From Azolla caroliniana (taxonomy: Eukaryota; Plantae; Polypodiophyta), in assembly GCA_043228905.1 (NCBI GenBank), contig JBHGNT010000010.1, positions 2,604,001 through 2,668,000 on the forward strand: a stretch of DNA of 64,000 bases, written 5' to 3'. How positions within the stretch are numbered: the first letter of the stretch is position 1; each line of letters starts with the position of its first letter. The position numbers were made by a program, and so were the translations under genes. Shown piece after piece: positions 46,526 to 58,470 of the stretch. Under the pieces are notes generated by a model. The model saw nothing but the letters and a program-made list of their open reading frames with translations, was not told the origin of the DNA and did not search any database.

Positions 46526-48635
46526 TGTCAGGAGCAGTACTAAGACAGAGAAGTACTGTCAGGAACAATACTAAAACAGAGAAGGAATTAGTACTAAAAT
46601 ATGCGGATTAGTACTAAGGGAGGTGTAGAACTCTTGAGGGAAGGAAAGAGTGAGTGAGAGAGAGAGATCGAGAGAGAGAGAGAATGAGGATAACAAAAGA
46701 TATATTATGTTAAGGGAATATACAATAGTAGCTAGGAGGCTTAAGACTAACGTTGAACCGATTTGGTTCGAAATAATGCCTTGTGCCTCCTTTTATAGTG
46801 TTCTTAGGAGTACTCCTAAAGTTTCTAGAATGTTCCAGAGAAATCTGGAATATACATCAATTTTCTATAGTAAAACTTAAATGAAAATAATATTTTTTGT
46901 ATTAGAATACATAGCTTAATGGTAAGAGCTCGACTCATGTAACATAAAGTCATGGGTTCGAGTCTTGTCATATCATGACACTATCTCCCTTTTAAAACGA
47001 TGAGTGTCACGAGTCGTTTTGGATTGAGGACCCGGTTTGTCTGGATATTGACGATGGAAGTCTTCCAAAAGAGCACGAGCATTGGTCACATTCTCTATCA
47101 GTTCCCAGGTACGCTTGCTGGGACTATATCCTAGCCAATCAACTAAATAGTAGAGCTTGTTGCAAACAATCTTGGAATCGAGGATGGCGGTAACCTCATA
47201 CTCAGGTCCATCTTCAAGTTCGATCGGGGGTGGAGGTGGTTTAATACGACCTGGGATGATGCTGTCTTGATAGGGTTCTAGGAGAGAACTATGGAACACC
47301 GGGTATCCGTAGCTGCGGAGGTAGATCGAGATGAAAAACAACATCATTAATCTTTCCGATAATACGGAAAGGACTTAATCACCGATAATCCAACTTCTCG
47401 CACGGGCGAGTAATCTTGATGTGTCGTTGTAGTAGCCACACTTGATCTCTAATGTCAAAATAGGATGGAAGCTGATGACAATCTGCGTAAACCTTGTGTG
47501 TTTGTTGAGCTTGCTGTAGATGAGTAGATAAATCCGCTTGTATCTTACGTAGCCGCTCCAAACGATCATCTACACAAGGATTTGTAGGTAACTCTAGGGT
47601 TTCAAATACACACCACCGGGGGTGACAACCCGTGTAAGCATAAAATGGTGTCACCTTTGTCGATGAGTGGGTAGAGTTATTATACGCAAAATCGGTGAAG
47701 TGGAGAATATCCGCCCAGTCATCTTGATGATAGCTTAAAAAGCACCCAAGATATTGCTCCAACGTTTGATTTGTTCATTCTGCTTGGCCGTCTGTTTGCG
47801 AGTGGTAACTAGAGGAGAGGTTACAAGTGACCTTAAGCATTTTAAAGAGGTGCTTCCAGAACTTCGAGACGAACTGGGGTCTGTGGTCGCTGATGATACT
47901 ATTGGGAAGGCCATGATGCCGACATACTTCACACAGGACAATTTTGGCGGTTTCTTCACTGGAGATTTCCTTAGTTCATGGTAGGAAATGGGCCATCTTC
48001 GTATATCGATCTACTACTGTTAAGATCGCATCGAATCCCTTAGAGACCGGAAGATCTGTGATGAAATCTAGGGCAATGGATTGCCATGGCTTGCTTGGAA
48101 TTGGTAATGGTTCTAATAAACCATATGGGTGATGCCTTGGCATTTTTGCTTTGCAACATGCATCACAAGTCCGAACAAAATCTTCGACAAATTGTTGCAT
48201 ATGGGGCTACCAGAATGATCGTTGTACTAAATCTAGTGTTTTAGTACTACCAAAATGCCCAGATGTATATGTGTCATGACAGTTTTGGACTACTTGAAAG
48301 CGACAAGTACCATTAGGAACATACAAGAGTTTCTTAAAGAATAGTATTCCATCATGACATTCAAATTGTCGATAGTTCGTACCTAGTTGTTGCGACTGTG
48401 AACAAGATGCTCGAGAGGGATAGAATGGCTTGAGCGAAAGCATCTGTCTTCAAGTCCTCACGTATGGTATCGATAACGTGGGAATCCAAGGGCATACCGA
48501 AGACCTGTGTTGCTTGCAGTCGTGCCGGTCCCAATATTACTTGCTTTTGGTTATCGAAAGCCGGCTCGCCTGGACGCGGTGCTAGATACGAGCGCCGTGA
48601 TAATGCATTTTCCTTCCCTTGTTGCTTCCCTGGAC
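46526..48635 (-). mobile_element. Element K: 3' part of a Tcn1-like chromovirus (integrase plus chromodomain) with its 3' LTR at 46526-46980
   Basis: GLLEPLPIPSKPWQSIALDFITDLP; chromodomain EYEVTAILDSK..YYLVDWLGY..TWE; PPT (ctatctcccttt on +) next to ...tcatgaca; LTR starts tgtcagg. Frameshifted. Confidence 0.88.
46912..46968 (+). promoter_or_regulatory. tRNA-like box A/box B cassette at the U3 end of the K LTR
   Basis: TAGCTTAATGGTAAGAGC (D-arm gctt/gagc)...ATGGG-TTCGAGT-CTTGT; 45-nt spacing. Confidence 0.72.
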
Positions 48636-48954
48636 GGTTGAGAATCAAGCTCAACCTAGTCTAGTGTGTGAACACACCCTTGAGAGTGTGCACTCAAAGG
48701 TCAAAAGTCACCACTCTTATCTACACGTTAACTATGTGTCATAGAATCATATTCTATGACACATAACTAATGAGTTTTCACATTCCCCATGACCCATGAG
48801 CTTTGGTAGTTAATGAAGAGAGAGAGTGACTATATAAATCACTCAACTCCTACTTTGTAATTAGTTCGGTTAATCTCCTTTGTAATATACATCGTCTTGA
48901 GTATTCTATTGTTGTTCAAATCCATCTATCTTGTGTTTCTCTCTCTCTCTCTAG

Positions 48955-49018
<64 letters not shown>

Positions 49019-51604
49019 ACACATATCTCTAGTATATTCCGCTGCACAAGAATCACCATCGATTCTTTACATGGTATCAAAGCGGTTTAGTAGCTTGATC
49101 TGCCCATCCGCGTGTATTGAGCTCTACGCCGACGTTCAAGAAGAACCGGCTCGTTCGCTATCGTAGTCTGATTACATAGTTCGTATTCAAAGAGAGAAGA
49201 AGAAGGAAGAAATCTACATCGAACACCATGAATACTCAAATGGGGAGCGCTCTCCCTAGCGAGAAGTTGGACCGAAACAACTTCGCATCTTGGGAGTACA
49301 AAATGCATCAATACCTTGTTGGTTAAGGCTATTGGAGCTACATCAAAGGAGCACAAGAAAACCGGCCTGACCCGAAAGACGCTGACTATGCAACATGGGA
49401 GCAAGCGGCGAGTTGAGTAATGTATTTCTTGGCGACATGTGTTCACGACCACATGCTCGGTAACATTCGAGAAGCTGAGACGCCGAAGGAAGCGTGGAAA
49501 AATCTACGAAAGATTTTCGCCACCAACATGACTGCGAGGAAGCTTCAACTCCGCCAAGAGTTGAATAACATCCAACAAAGGGATATGTCCATCACAAGCT
49601 ACACCTTGAAGATCAAGGAGCTTTGTGATGTACTCGGCTCAATAAGCGTCAATGTGGAGGATGACGAAATGGTGCAAATATGCCTTGGCGGCCTTGCACC
49701 ATGATTCGGCACGATGCGGACCACCGTACTAGCACAGGAGAATCCACCCTCCTTCTTCGATCTTCAATCTATGTTACTGGTCGAAGAGAATCATGTTCGA
49801 ATAAGGAGCAACGCCTCGGAAGGCCACATGCTCTACACGCATTCTAATGGAGGAAGAGGACGCGGCCGAGCAAGAGGCCGATTCGGCCAAGGACGAGGCG
49901 GTGGACGAGGTATGACTTACGACAACAACTCCCAATTTCGACAACAAGACGGAAGCCATTGAGGAACCTTTGGAAGAAGGGGGAGCTTCCATTCCGGTTC
50001 GAGTCGACAAACTCAATCGAATGCGGATATTGCGTAAAAATTGGCCATCATGAAGAAGAGTGCCGGAAGAAGATGCGCGAGTCAACTTCCACAAGCCGAC
50101 AACTCACAAATTATGCCACTAACTTTGATTATGAAGACCTTGGCGGAATGTTCGTGATGAGACATAGAGCAAATTCTATGTCGGCCTCTACTTCGACTAA
50201 TGCCTCCAATCTGAAAGATGTATGGTTCGTCGACTCCGGTGCTTCGAACCATATGACGTCCCGTCAAGAATGGTTCTGAGACTTACGAGAGCCGTATCAA
50301 CCCGGTTATGTCGAGACCGAAGATGACACCACTCATCCTATTCTACATATTGGCAATGTCCCATTCGGGGAAGATGACGAACAAACTTGCATAAAAAATG
50401 TATTACATGTACCCACCATAACGAAGAATTTGGTCTCGATCCGCCAAATAGTGGAGCAAGAGATGCAAGTTTGATTTAACTAAGGTGGTTGCTTCATCGA
50501 GAAGGAAGGCCGACTCATCGCTCGGGGTCTAAGGGAAGGTAGAATGTTTATCCTCGAGTCAAACGAGGTGAAATCGGCCATGTAGACAGAGGGCCTCAAA
50601 TCTGACATCGACATAGAGTTATGGCATAAAAGAATCGGCCATATCAATCTCAACAAATTCAAGGTGATGCAATCAAAAGGAGTCGTCATCGGGCTCCCGA
50701 ACTTCAAAGATAAAGAGATTGAAGGAGTATGTGAAGCATGCCAATTCGGCAAGCAATATCGGCACCTGTTCTCGAAGGAGAGGAAGGTGAGCAAAGGCCT
50801 ATTGGACGTAGTCCAATCGGATGTGTGGGGACCGGCACAGACGATTACGTTCGGAGGATGTCGGTACTATGTTACCTTCATCGACGACTTCTCTAGATAC
50901 ACATGGATCTTTCCCATGAGGATGAAGAGCGAAGTGTTTACACACTTCCAAAAATTCAAAAGCGAAGTCGAAAAGACAACTGGGCGTCATGTACAATGTC
51001 TTCGGTCAGACGGAGGAAAGGAATACTTCTCCGATGCGTTCACAACATATCTTCGAAAAGAAGGAATTCGGCGAGAATTCACTTGTCGTCACACACCGCA
51101 ACAAAACGGAGTGGCTGAACGAAAGAATCGGCACATCCTTGAAGTAGCACGGGCCATGATGAAAGAAAAGCACATGCCGAAGTCGTACTGGGAAAAAGCG
51201 GCTAACACGGCCGTATACCTCATGAATCGGTGTACGACATCGGGTGTGCACGAACTTACTCCACACGAGAAGTTTTTCAGAAAGAAGCCGGATCTGTCAC
51301 ATGTTCGGATATTCAGCTCCATTGCATACGTGCACATCCCCGACGAGAAGTGACAAAAGCTCGGCCCGAAGTCAGAGAAATGTATCCTTATAGGATACTC
51401 ACTGGAGTAAAAGGGGTACAAGTGCTATAACCCCTCAACTTGGAAGGTTTGTGTAAGTTGGGATGTCGTCTTTGACGAATCAACATCATGGTACAAACCC
51501 GAGCCGATTCCTCCTAAATCATCTATGAACGACCTCGACAACACATACGATGATCAACTAAGGTCAATACCCGAGGAGAGTCCTATCTCAACCAGATTGA
51601 GCGG
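48636..51604 (+). mobile_element. Element M: degenerate Ty1/copia related to A and D (5' LTR 48636-49071, PBS, gag, protease, integrase), cut by G
   Basis: LTR begins (g)gttgagaatcaagctcaac and contains (CT)n(CA)n. PBS tggtatcaaagc at 49072. EKLDRNNFASWEYKM, WFVDSGAS, QQNGVAERKNR and ESPISTRLSG, with many stops. Confidence 0.9.
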
Positions 51605-54600
51605 TGTCGCGTTGCTACGCGTGTGCGTGGAGAAACGAGGCGGGACCACCGGGGTCTTGAACCGAAGAGCAGGTGATAGGAGGGGAAAGAGAAAGAGAGA
51701 GATGACCGGTAACGTATGAGCAAAGAAACACAGGGACACGGCCCGTCAACGCAGAAAACACGAATGGACACAGAGATAGAGAGACACGAATGTTTGTATA
51801 TTAACAAATGACACAAAACAACAGTGCACGCGAGCGATTACAACCGACCAGGCCGGCGAACAGATGCCGATGCCTGTTCGTCTGCGCACGAAAGGGGATA
51901 GGATGGAGGTGTTTCCGGAAGCACACGGGCGTTCCTCGAAGCAGCGCGAGCCTCTCGAAATCCTGCAGAGAAGAGTGACGGAGAATGAACAGAGGAGAAG
52001 CGTTCGGTTACGGTTCGACAACACTTCGTCCTCCTCAATGCGCGATTCTTTCTCCCCTGCGTCTCCCTCTCCTTTATAGCGTCAAGAAGGGAGCCATCTC
52101 CCTCATTTACTTCCTACCTACCGAATCTAACTACCCAATATATACCTATGTACCTAATTCCCTATTATATACATTAAGGGCGCGCACGCGTGAAGAGCCG
52201 GTTCACGCGCGCTATGCACCGATTGCGCTAAGGGACGGTTTTCTTCACGACATCCGCCCCCACCTAACCGCGCATCCACCGGTATGCGCCAAAATTGGGT
52301 TTTGGTTGGAGAAAACCGGTCCGGGTTCTGGTTCTTCGTCCATCGGTTCGTCCTCTGCTTTGGACTGTTCGTCGTCGCTGTCCAGACCTCTTAGATCCGG
52401 TTCGCCGTCGTGGCGCTTCTTGAACGCTTTGATCCGCTTCCTTGCTACTGGTATCGCCATCCTCGTACCGTCGAGTTCCGCCAGGTGATACGTCCCGTTG
52501 TCGTTGGCGCTCGTTACCACGTAAGGCCCGAACCACCACTTCGCAAACTTCCGTGTTGCTCGGTTCAGGTTGTCGAGGCTGCTGTCGTAGACTAGCACCC
52601 AGTCGCCTTCCTCGATTTTCTTTGGTCGGAGCCGGTGCGTTCGGTCGAACCGGGCTTTGTTCTTCATCCTCGCCGTCCGAAGTCATTCCGCCGCTCGTTC
52701 CACGTCCTTTGGCCTCCGCTCGAGTTGCCGTATACGCGCCGCTAGCAGTTCTTCCCGACCCATCTCGCCTCTCCAGTCTACTGTCGCCCAAGAGGAGATC
52801 GTCCGTTCCATCGGTATGATCGGCTTCTGTCCGAACATGAGCTCTGACGGCATGAACCCGATTACCGAACTGTGCGTTGTCTGGTCCGCCCACAAGGCAT
52901 AGGGTAACAGTCGTGGCCAGTTCCCGACCTGGCCTTCGCATGCTCGGACTAGCGCTTTGACGATCGGTCCGTGTCCGCGCTCCACCTTCCCGTTCGCCTT
53001 CGGATTGTACGCTGTGGTGAGCAAGAGCTTGACCCCTAACCGGTCGAACAACTCCTCGGCCTCTTCGGCGTCCAACTCCCCGCGGTCAGCCACGATCTTC
53101 CCGACGCACCCGTACCGACATATCACGTCCTCGATCAGGAACCGACACACGACCGCGGTCGTTTTGTTCTGCAGGGCTCGGCCTTCCCCCTGGTTCGTCA
53201 GGTCCTCCCGGGCCAGCATCAGATATTGCATCTGCCCTATGCCCATCGGCATCGTCACCAAATCTACCATCCATTTGAAGTGGATGGTCGGAGGGTATGT
53301 AGGGTGAAGCTCGTCCCGATGTCGGACTATGGAGTGTATCTGACAGCTCTCACAAGTCGTCACGAACTGATGCACGTCCCGGTATAGTCCCGACCACCAG
53401 TACTTCCCCTTTAGTTTCTCGAACGTGGCCCACGTCCCACGGTGTCCAGCCTAGGGGCTGTCGTGGTAGGCCTTCAGCAACTCCTCATGTTCCTCCTTCA
53501 TCGCCAGTACTCGGAGCGGGATGCCGTTTCTCTTCTTCGGGTGCTTCCACAAGTATCCGTCCCGGAGAAAGAATCGGTACGCTTTCTTCCGGATCCGGTT
53601 GGCCTCGTCCTTTGTCCATGACGCGTCCGACGTCATCGTCCTTGAGAATCCTCCAATCTGCAGCCACTCCCCATCGTACTTGCTCTCGTTAAAATCGTTA
53701 AGCGCTGGAGTGCTCCCCCCCTCGGTTGTTACGTAAGCCGCCTCGAAGAAGTCCACGCCGACTTCCTCGTCCTCCGAAACCATGCCGCCCTCGTCGTCGA
53801 ATCGCGCCCTCGAAAGCATGTCGACCATGGCATTGTCTTTCCCGGAAATGTGTCGTATTTCTGGATCCAGGGACTTGATGTACGCTATCCACCTGAGCAT
53901 TGCCAGGTCCGGGGTTGCGCATCCGGAAACCATGCCGAGAATCGACAGGCAGTCCGTCTCGATAATCACGTCTGTCCCGATCAGATAGTCTTTATCGGCC
54001 TTCACCGCCGAAACGATACCCCAGAGTTCGCGTTTAACCTGGGCGTATCCTCGCTGTCGCTCGCTGAAGACCTTCGCACCGAACCGGATTGGGAACCGAA
54101 TGCCATCCTCATCTTCTTGGTTGACAACCCATCCGATCCCGGTCGGACTCATATCTACTATTATGTAGACGGGAGTGTCTTTCTCGTAGACAGCCTTTCG
54201 GAGTGCCGGAGCTGTAGCAAGAGCCTCGTTCATCTTTCGGACCGACTCCGTATGCTCGTCTCGCCACTCGAATTTTCGCCCCTTTTTCAGCAACCCGTAT
54301 AGCGGCTCGGCAACGTGGGCGTAATGCGGGATCCATATGTGGTAGAACGCGCATGCTCCCAAGAACCTCCGTACGTCCGTGACTGAGGTACAGTCGGGCT
54401 TCATTGCGAAGATGGCTTCCACCTTAGCCGGAGACGGTTTCCGGCCATACGGTCCGCATAGATGTCCGACGACCATGATCTCTGATTGCCCAAAGGCCGA
54501 TTTCTCCCCGGAGAAGGTGAGCCTCGCGTCCTCTAGCCTCTGCAGCACCCTCTCGCAGTCGTCAATGTGTGTCGCCACGAACTTCCGGCATCCGTCCGGT

Positions 54601-56911
54601 CCGATCGTTTCGTCCTTTTTCTCCACCGGACATCCCTTGATCGGGATGTCGTCCAGGAATGGCATGGTGATGTCCGGGATACAATCCCTCAGCACGTTGT
54701 TCATCGCATTCACCATGTGGGCCACCGAGTTCGTCCCTCCTTGTGGTAGGGTACACATTCGCACTAGGCCGAGAGGAGTCCGCATCATCGTAATGTCTCT
54801 GCTCTCTACGACTAGTTGGAACTGATCGTACCCTGAGTACAGATCACCGACCGAGTAGATCGACCTTCCGGCGAAGGCCTCCACGAACTCGTCTATCGTT
54901 GGTCCGATTCCTGCGTTCCGAATGGTCACTCTGTTGACTGGTTGCAGGTCTTGAATGAAGCGCAACGTCCCGTTCTTCTTCGGTACGGTAAACCACCCGT
55001 TCGAGTACGGGGCACTCGACGGTTCGAGGATGCCCATATCGACTTTCTGCCTCAATAGCTCCATCAGCTCCGGGATGTGAGCTCTCGGTACCAGAATTGG
55101 TTTGAGATTCCACGGCACATGCGGTACCGTGAATATCACCATCGGCTTCAAGACTGTCGGGTCTACGCACCCGATCTCTCCCGGTGAGAATGCGAAGGCT
55201 TTCCCGTGCCTTCCGAGCATTCTCTGAAACCGGTCTTCTTCCGCCGGCAGTAGGAACCTGCCCCCCCCCGATTTTGAGCTCCCGTCGCGTTCTATCGGTG
55301 AAGGTGTGTCCTATGCAGGCCGGATCTCGTAAACTGGGGTCCGACGCGACCCCCTTGATTCGCAACTCGTTGCCCTCCGGTAAGGGTGCCGCGACTGGCC
55401 TTACCTTCCGGTCCACAGTCTTATACTTCGTGTTAACCCGGGCCGTCTGATCCGACTCGAGCCCTCGACTGAAGTCAGCGATGACTTCGTACATCTCTTT
55501 TGAACAAACCGGTATCGTCCGGTCCTCTTTAAGGCCCTCTCCGACCACCTCTCGCAGTATTCCCAAGGTATCGTCGAAGGAGACCGCCTCCATGGCTCCG
55601 TTGATTTCCTCGCTGGGCCCGAGAACTCCGCACGCCCGAAGTCGCTCTTCCGCCCTTGTCTTTTCTCGGTCAACGACGCCGACTATCGTACACCCTCCGT
55701 TGTCGGAGAAACAAAACTCCCTACTTATGGTACAAGGTTTTTTCGGTTTCGCCTCTATCGTACATTTGTGGGGTTTTCCCGGAGTGTCCGGACTATCGCG
55801 GCCCCATGCCTTGGCAGCCCTCTCTAAAAATCCTCTCGGTTTTCGCCACCGAGGGACTCGCGGTTTCACTCGTGGTTCGGTCGCACCGTCAGGAACTGGA
55901 CCGAATGACGATCGTCCTGACTCTTGACCCTCGCGTAAGCTGACCCGTTGTCCAGCACCTTGGTCTCCATTCGCGCTGCCGTAATGTACGGTTCTCCCAG
56001 TATGACCGGGTGCGAGGACGTCTCCTGCACAAAGAAGTGCTGGTCTATCTCGACGTCGCCGATCTTGACTCGCACGTTTGGGCAGGCCCCGTGTAGTTCC
56101 TCGGTGGCGCACGTCACCGCCCGTATCTTCCACCCGTGCTTAGTGTTGATCGGCCATTTCCCCTTCTTGTAGAAGTCCATGGACATCAGGTTTATTTCGG
56201 AGCCATGGTCCACCAGCGCCACCACCGGTTCCTGAACATCCCCGATCTTCACTGGGGTTTCCGTGGTCGCTCGGGCCCAGTGTGGCCTCGAATAGTGGCT
56301 CTCCGCCCACTTGTCTTCCAGCGCCATGTCCTCTATGTGCGCCGTCCGCACCTCAACCAGCCTTTCCGGTTCTGCCTCCGTCGACATCCTCTTCCTCTTC
56401 ACCAAGTCTACGATGGAGTCGTGGAACTCCTTCTTGGCGATTCCGAGCACCTCTCGTAACGACAGTTCCACCTTGCTGTCGAGGATTTGTTCTTCCAGGA
56501 GCTTTTGTAGGTCCGTGGTCCTTTCGATCTCCATGCCCAACCGGTATCCGCCCTTCTTGTGGTTATCCCGGGCACTGGTCTCACCGGCCTCGTTCTGTTT
56601 CGGCCTGAATCGGGTTTCGTATCTCTGTGAGGGTCCGGCCCCTCCGGTTTTACCTACCCGTTTGTCTTCAACCAGAGCCTCGTAGTTTTGGCAAGCTGCT
56701 TTGACAAAACCCGTCTTTTCTTCAACCTGGTCACTCCACCTGGTTACCTCTTGGACCCGCTTCTCCGCGCGGTCCGCCTCGTCTCTCTTTAGTCGGGCAC
56801 CGGCGAGGCCTTCCAGTACCGTCGGCCAGAACTTGGCTTTGCTCTCCTTCCGGGCCTCGCTGCCTCCGACCCGAATACCGGCTGACGCTGAGTAGTGGAC
56901 GGTCTCCGCGT
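51605..56911 (-). mobile_element. Element G: B-family gypsy; 3' LTR 51605-52252, degenerate pol, protease and C-terminal gag, cut by I
   Basis: ORFs 52245-52667, 52683-53375, 53451-55220 and 55866-56911 are homologous to B. Stops plus a frameshift in the poly-C at 55261. PPT next to the LTR. Confidence 0.92.
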
Positions 56912-57681
56912 TGTCGTGAAGAATTTCGGCCATAGGCGAAAATCGGGAAACATTGTCTACATCGGCGGGGTGCAGCGTGTGTACGCACCCATGTACATTT
57001 GGTGTGAATATCGAGGGCGCCTTTATGGCGCCGAAGAGTAGTCAAGTCGGGACATACGATCCCATGGAAGTCGGGATTAGTCCCACATTGTAACGCATCC
57101 CTCTCCTTGTTCTATAAAAGGGAGGGAACGCCTTTTGTGAAAGGGGTTGCCCATTTTGGATTAGAGGGTATACCGGTAGGTTTAGGGTTAGGGTTCTTCT
57201 GCTTCTTCTGCTTCCCCTTCGTGTTCGTTTAGGGTTGGCTGCAGCTTAAGTCGGCGACGCGGTCGACGTAAGACCAAGATACTAATGGTGGCGGCGAGGT
57301 GACGAAGGCAAGGGCTACGGAAGAGCGGTCTGCGGAGGATCCTTCACACCGGTTCTAGAGACTTCGGTAGTCGGCGATGCGGTCGATGTAAGACCAAGAT
57401 ACTGACGGTGGCGGCGAGGTGACGAAGGCAAGGGCTACGGAAGGGCGGTCTGCGGAGGATCCTTCACACCGGTTCTAGAGACTTCGGCAGTCGGCAACGC
57501 GGTCGACGTAAGACCAAGATACTGACGGTGGCGGCGAGGTGACAAAGACAATGGGCATAAGGAAGTCCGGTCCTACGGGATCCCCACACTTAACCAGAGA
57601 CTCCGGTAGTTCGGCCAACGTGGCAACATGGGACCGAGAGAGAAGGTTGGTGGCGGCAGGAAACGGGACCCGACTACGCGG
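56912..57681 (+). mobile_element. Element I: start of another 'TGTCGTGAAGA' LTR inserted in the gag of G, cut by H
   Basis: Homology to the B/H gag stops at 56911. tgtcgtgaagaa terminus, TATA (tctataaaag ~57111), telo-like tttagggttagggtt, and 120-bp repeats. Confidence 0.75.
57250..57600. repeat. 120-bp-period GC-rich tandem repeat (2.5-3 copies) inside element I
   Basis: gtcggc(g/a)a(c/t)gcggtcga.gtaagaccaagatact at 57250, 57370 and 57490. Confidence 0.92.
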
Positions 57682-58470
57682 TGTCGGGGTTGCTACGCCC
57701 TTGCGTGTAGAAAGGAGGAGGGACCACGGGGGTCTTGAACCGAAGAGCAAGAGAGAGAGGAGTAAGAGAGAGAGACCCGATTACACAGAACCGAAGATCC
57801 GATTGCGCAGAACCGACGATTGCACAGGGACACGGCCCAACAAACAGAGATCACAAATAAACGCCGACGCAGATGGACGCAACAACGAAAGATATGTACT
57901 TATGAATGCAAGAAAATAACAGACTAAAGTATTACAACCCACGGTGGGGCACGAAATATACACTAACGAAAACGAACAGGGCGGCGAACAGATGCCGACC
58001 CCTGCATGTCGCGACGCACAGAAAGGGAAAACAGGTCGGAGGTGCTGCAGGACGCACTCGGGGCGTTCCACGGAACAGCGCAAGCCTCCTCGAAACCTGC
58101 ACAGGTACGCGATGGAGCAGAAGACAGAGAAAGCAGGAGTGAGAGAGAAGCTCCGAAATCGGTTCGGCAGCACTTCGTCCTCTCCGCGCGAGATACCCCA
58201 CTTCTATTCTTCCTCTTCCTTTTATAGCCCGTCAAGAGGCCGTTTGGCATTAACTGCATACCAACCGAATCTACCCACCTAGGATCCTCGTATGTACCTA
58301 CTTCGTCCTTAGGTACTTCTTGGCGCGCGTGTGTGTGTAGAGCCGTTTCCCACGCCTTGTTCCTCCGATTCCTCTTGTGGGCGGTTTTCTTCACGACATC
58401 CGCCCCCACCTAACCGCGCATCCACCGGCATGCGCCAAATTAAGTTGGCACGGAGAAAACCGGCCCGCCT

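Noticed and set aside
46905-46975. Possible tRNA genes here and at 13065-13125 and 35517-35573
   Set aside because: No acceptor stem or coherent anticodon arm; reported as tRNA-like promoter cassettes instead.
57181-57236. Interstitial telomere
   Set aside because: Only 2-3 motif copies inside an LTR; telo-box scale.
57250-57600. CRISPR-like repeat/spacer appearance
   Set aside because: The whole 120-bp unit repeats with no unique spacers, there are no cas genes, and the context is eukaryotic.
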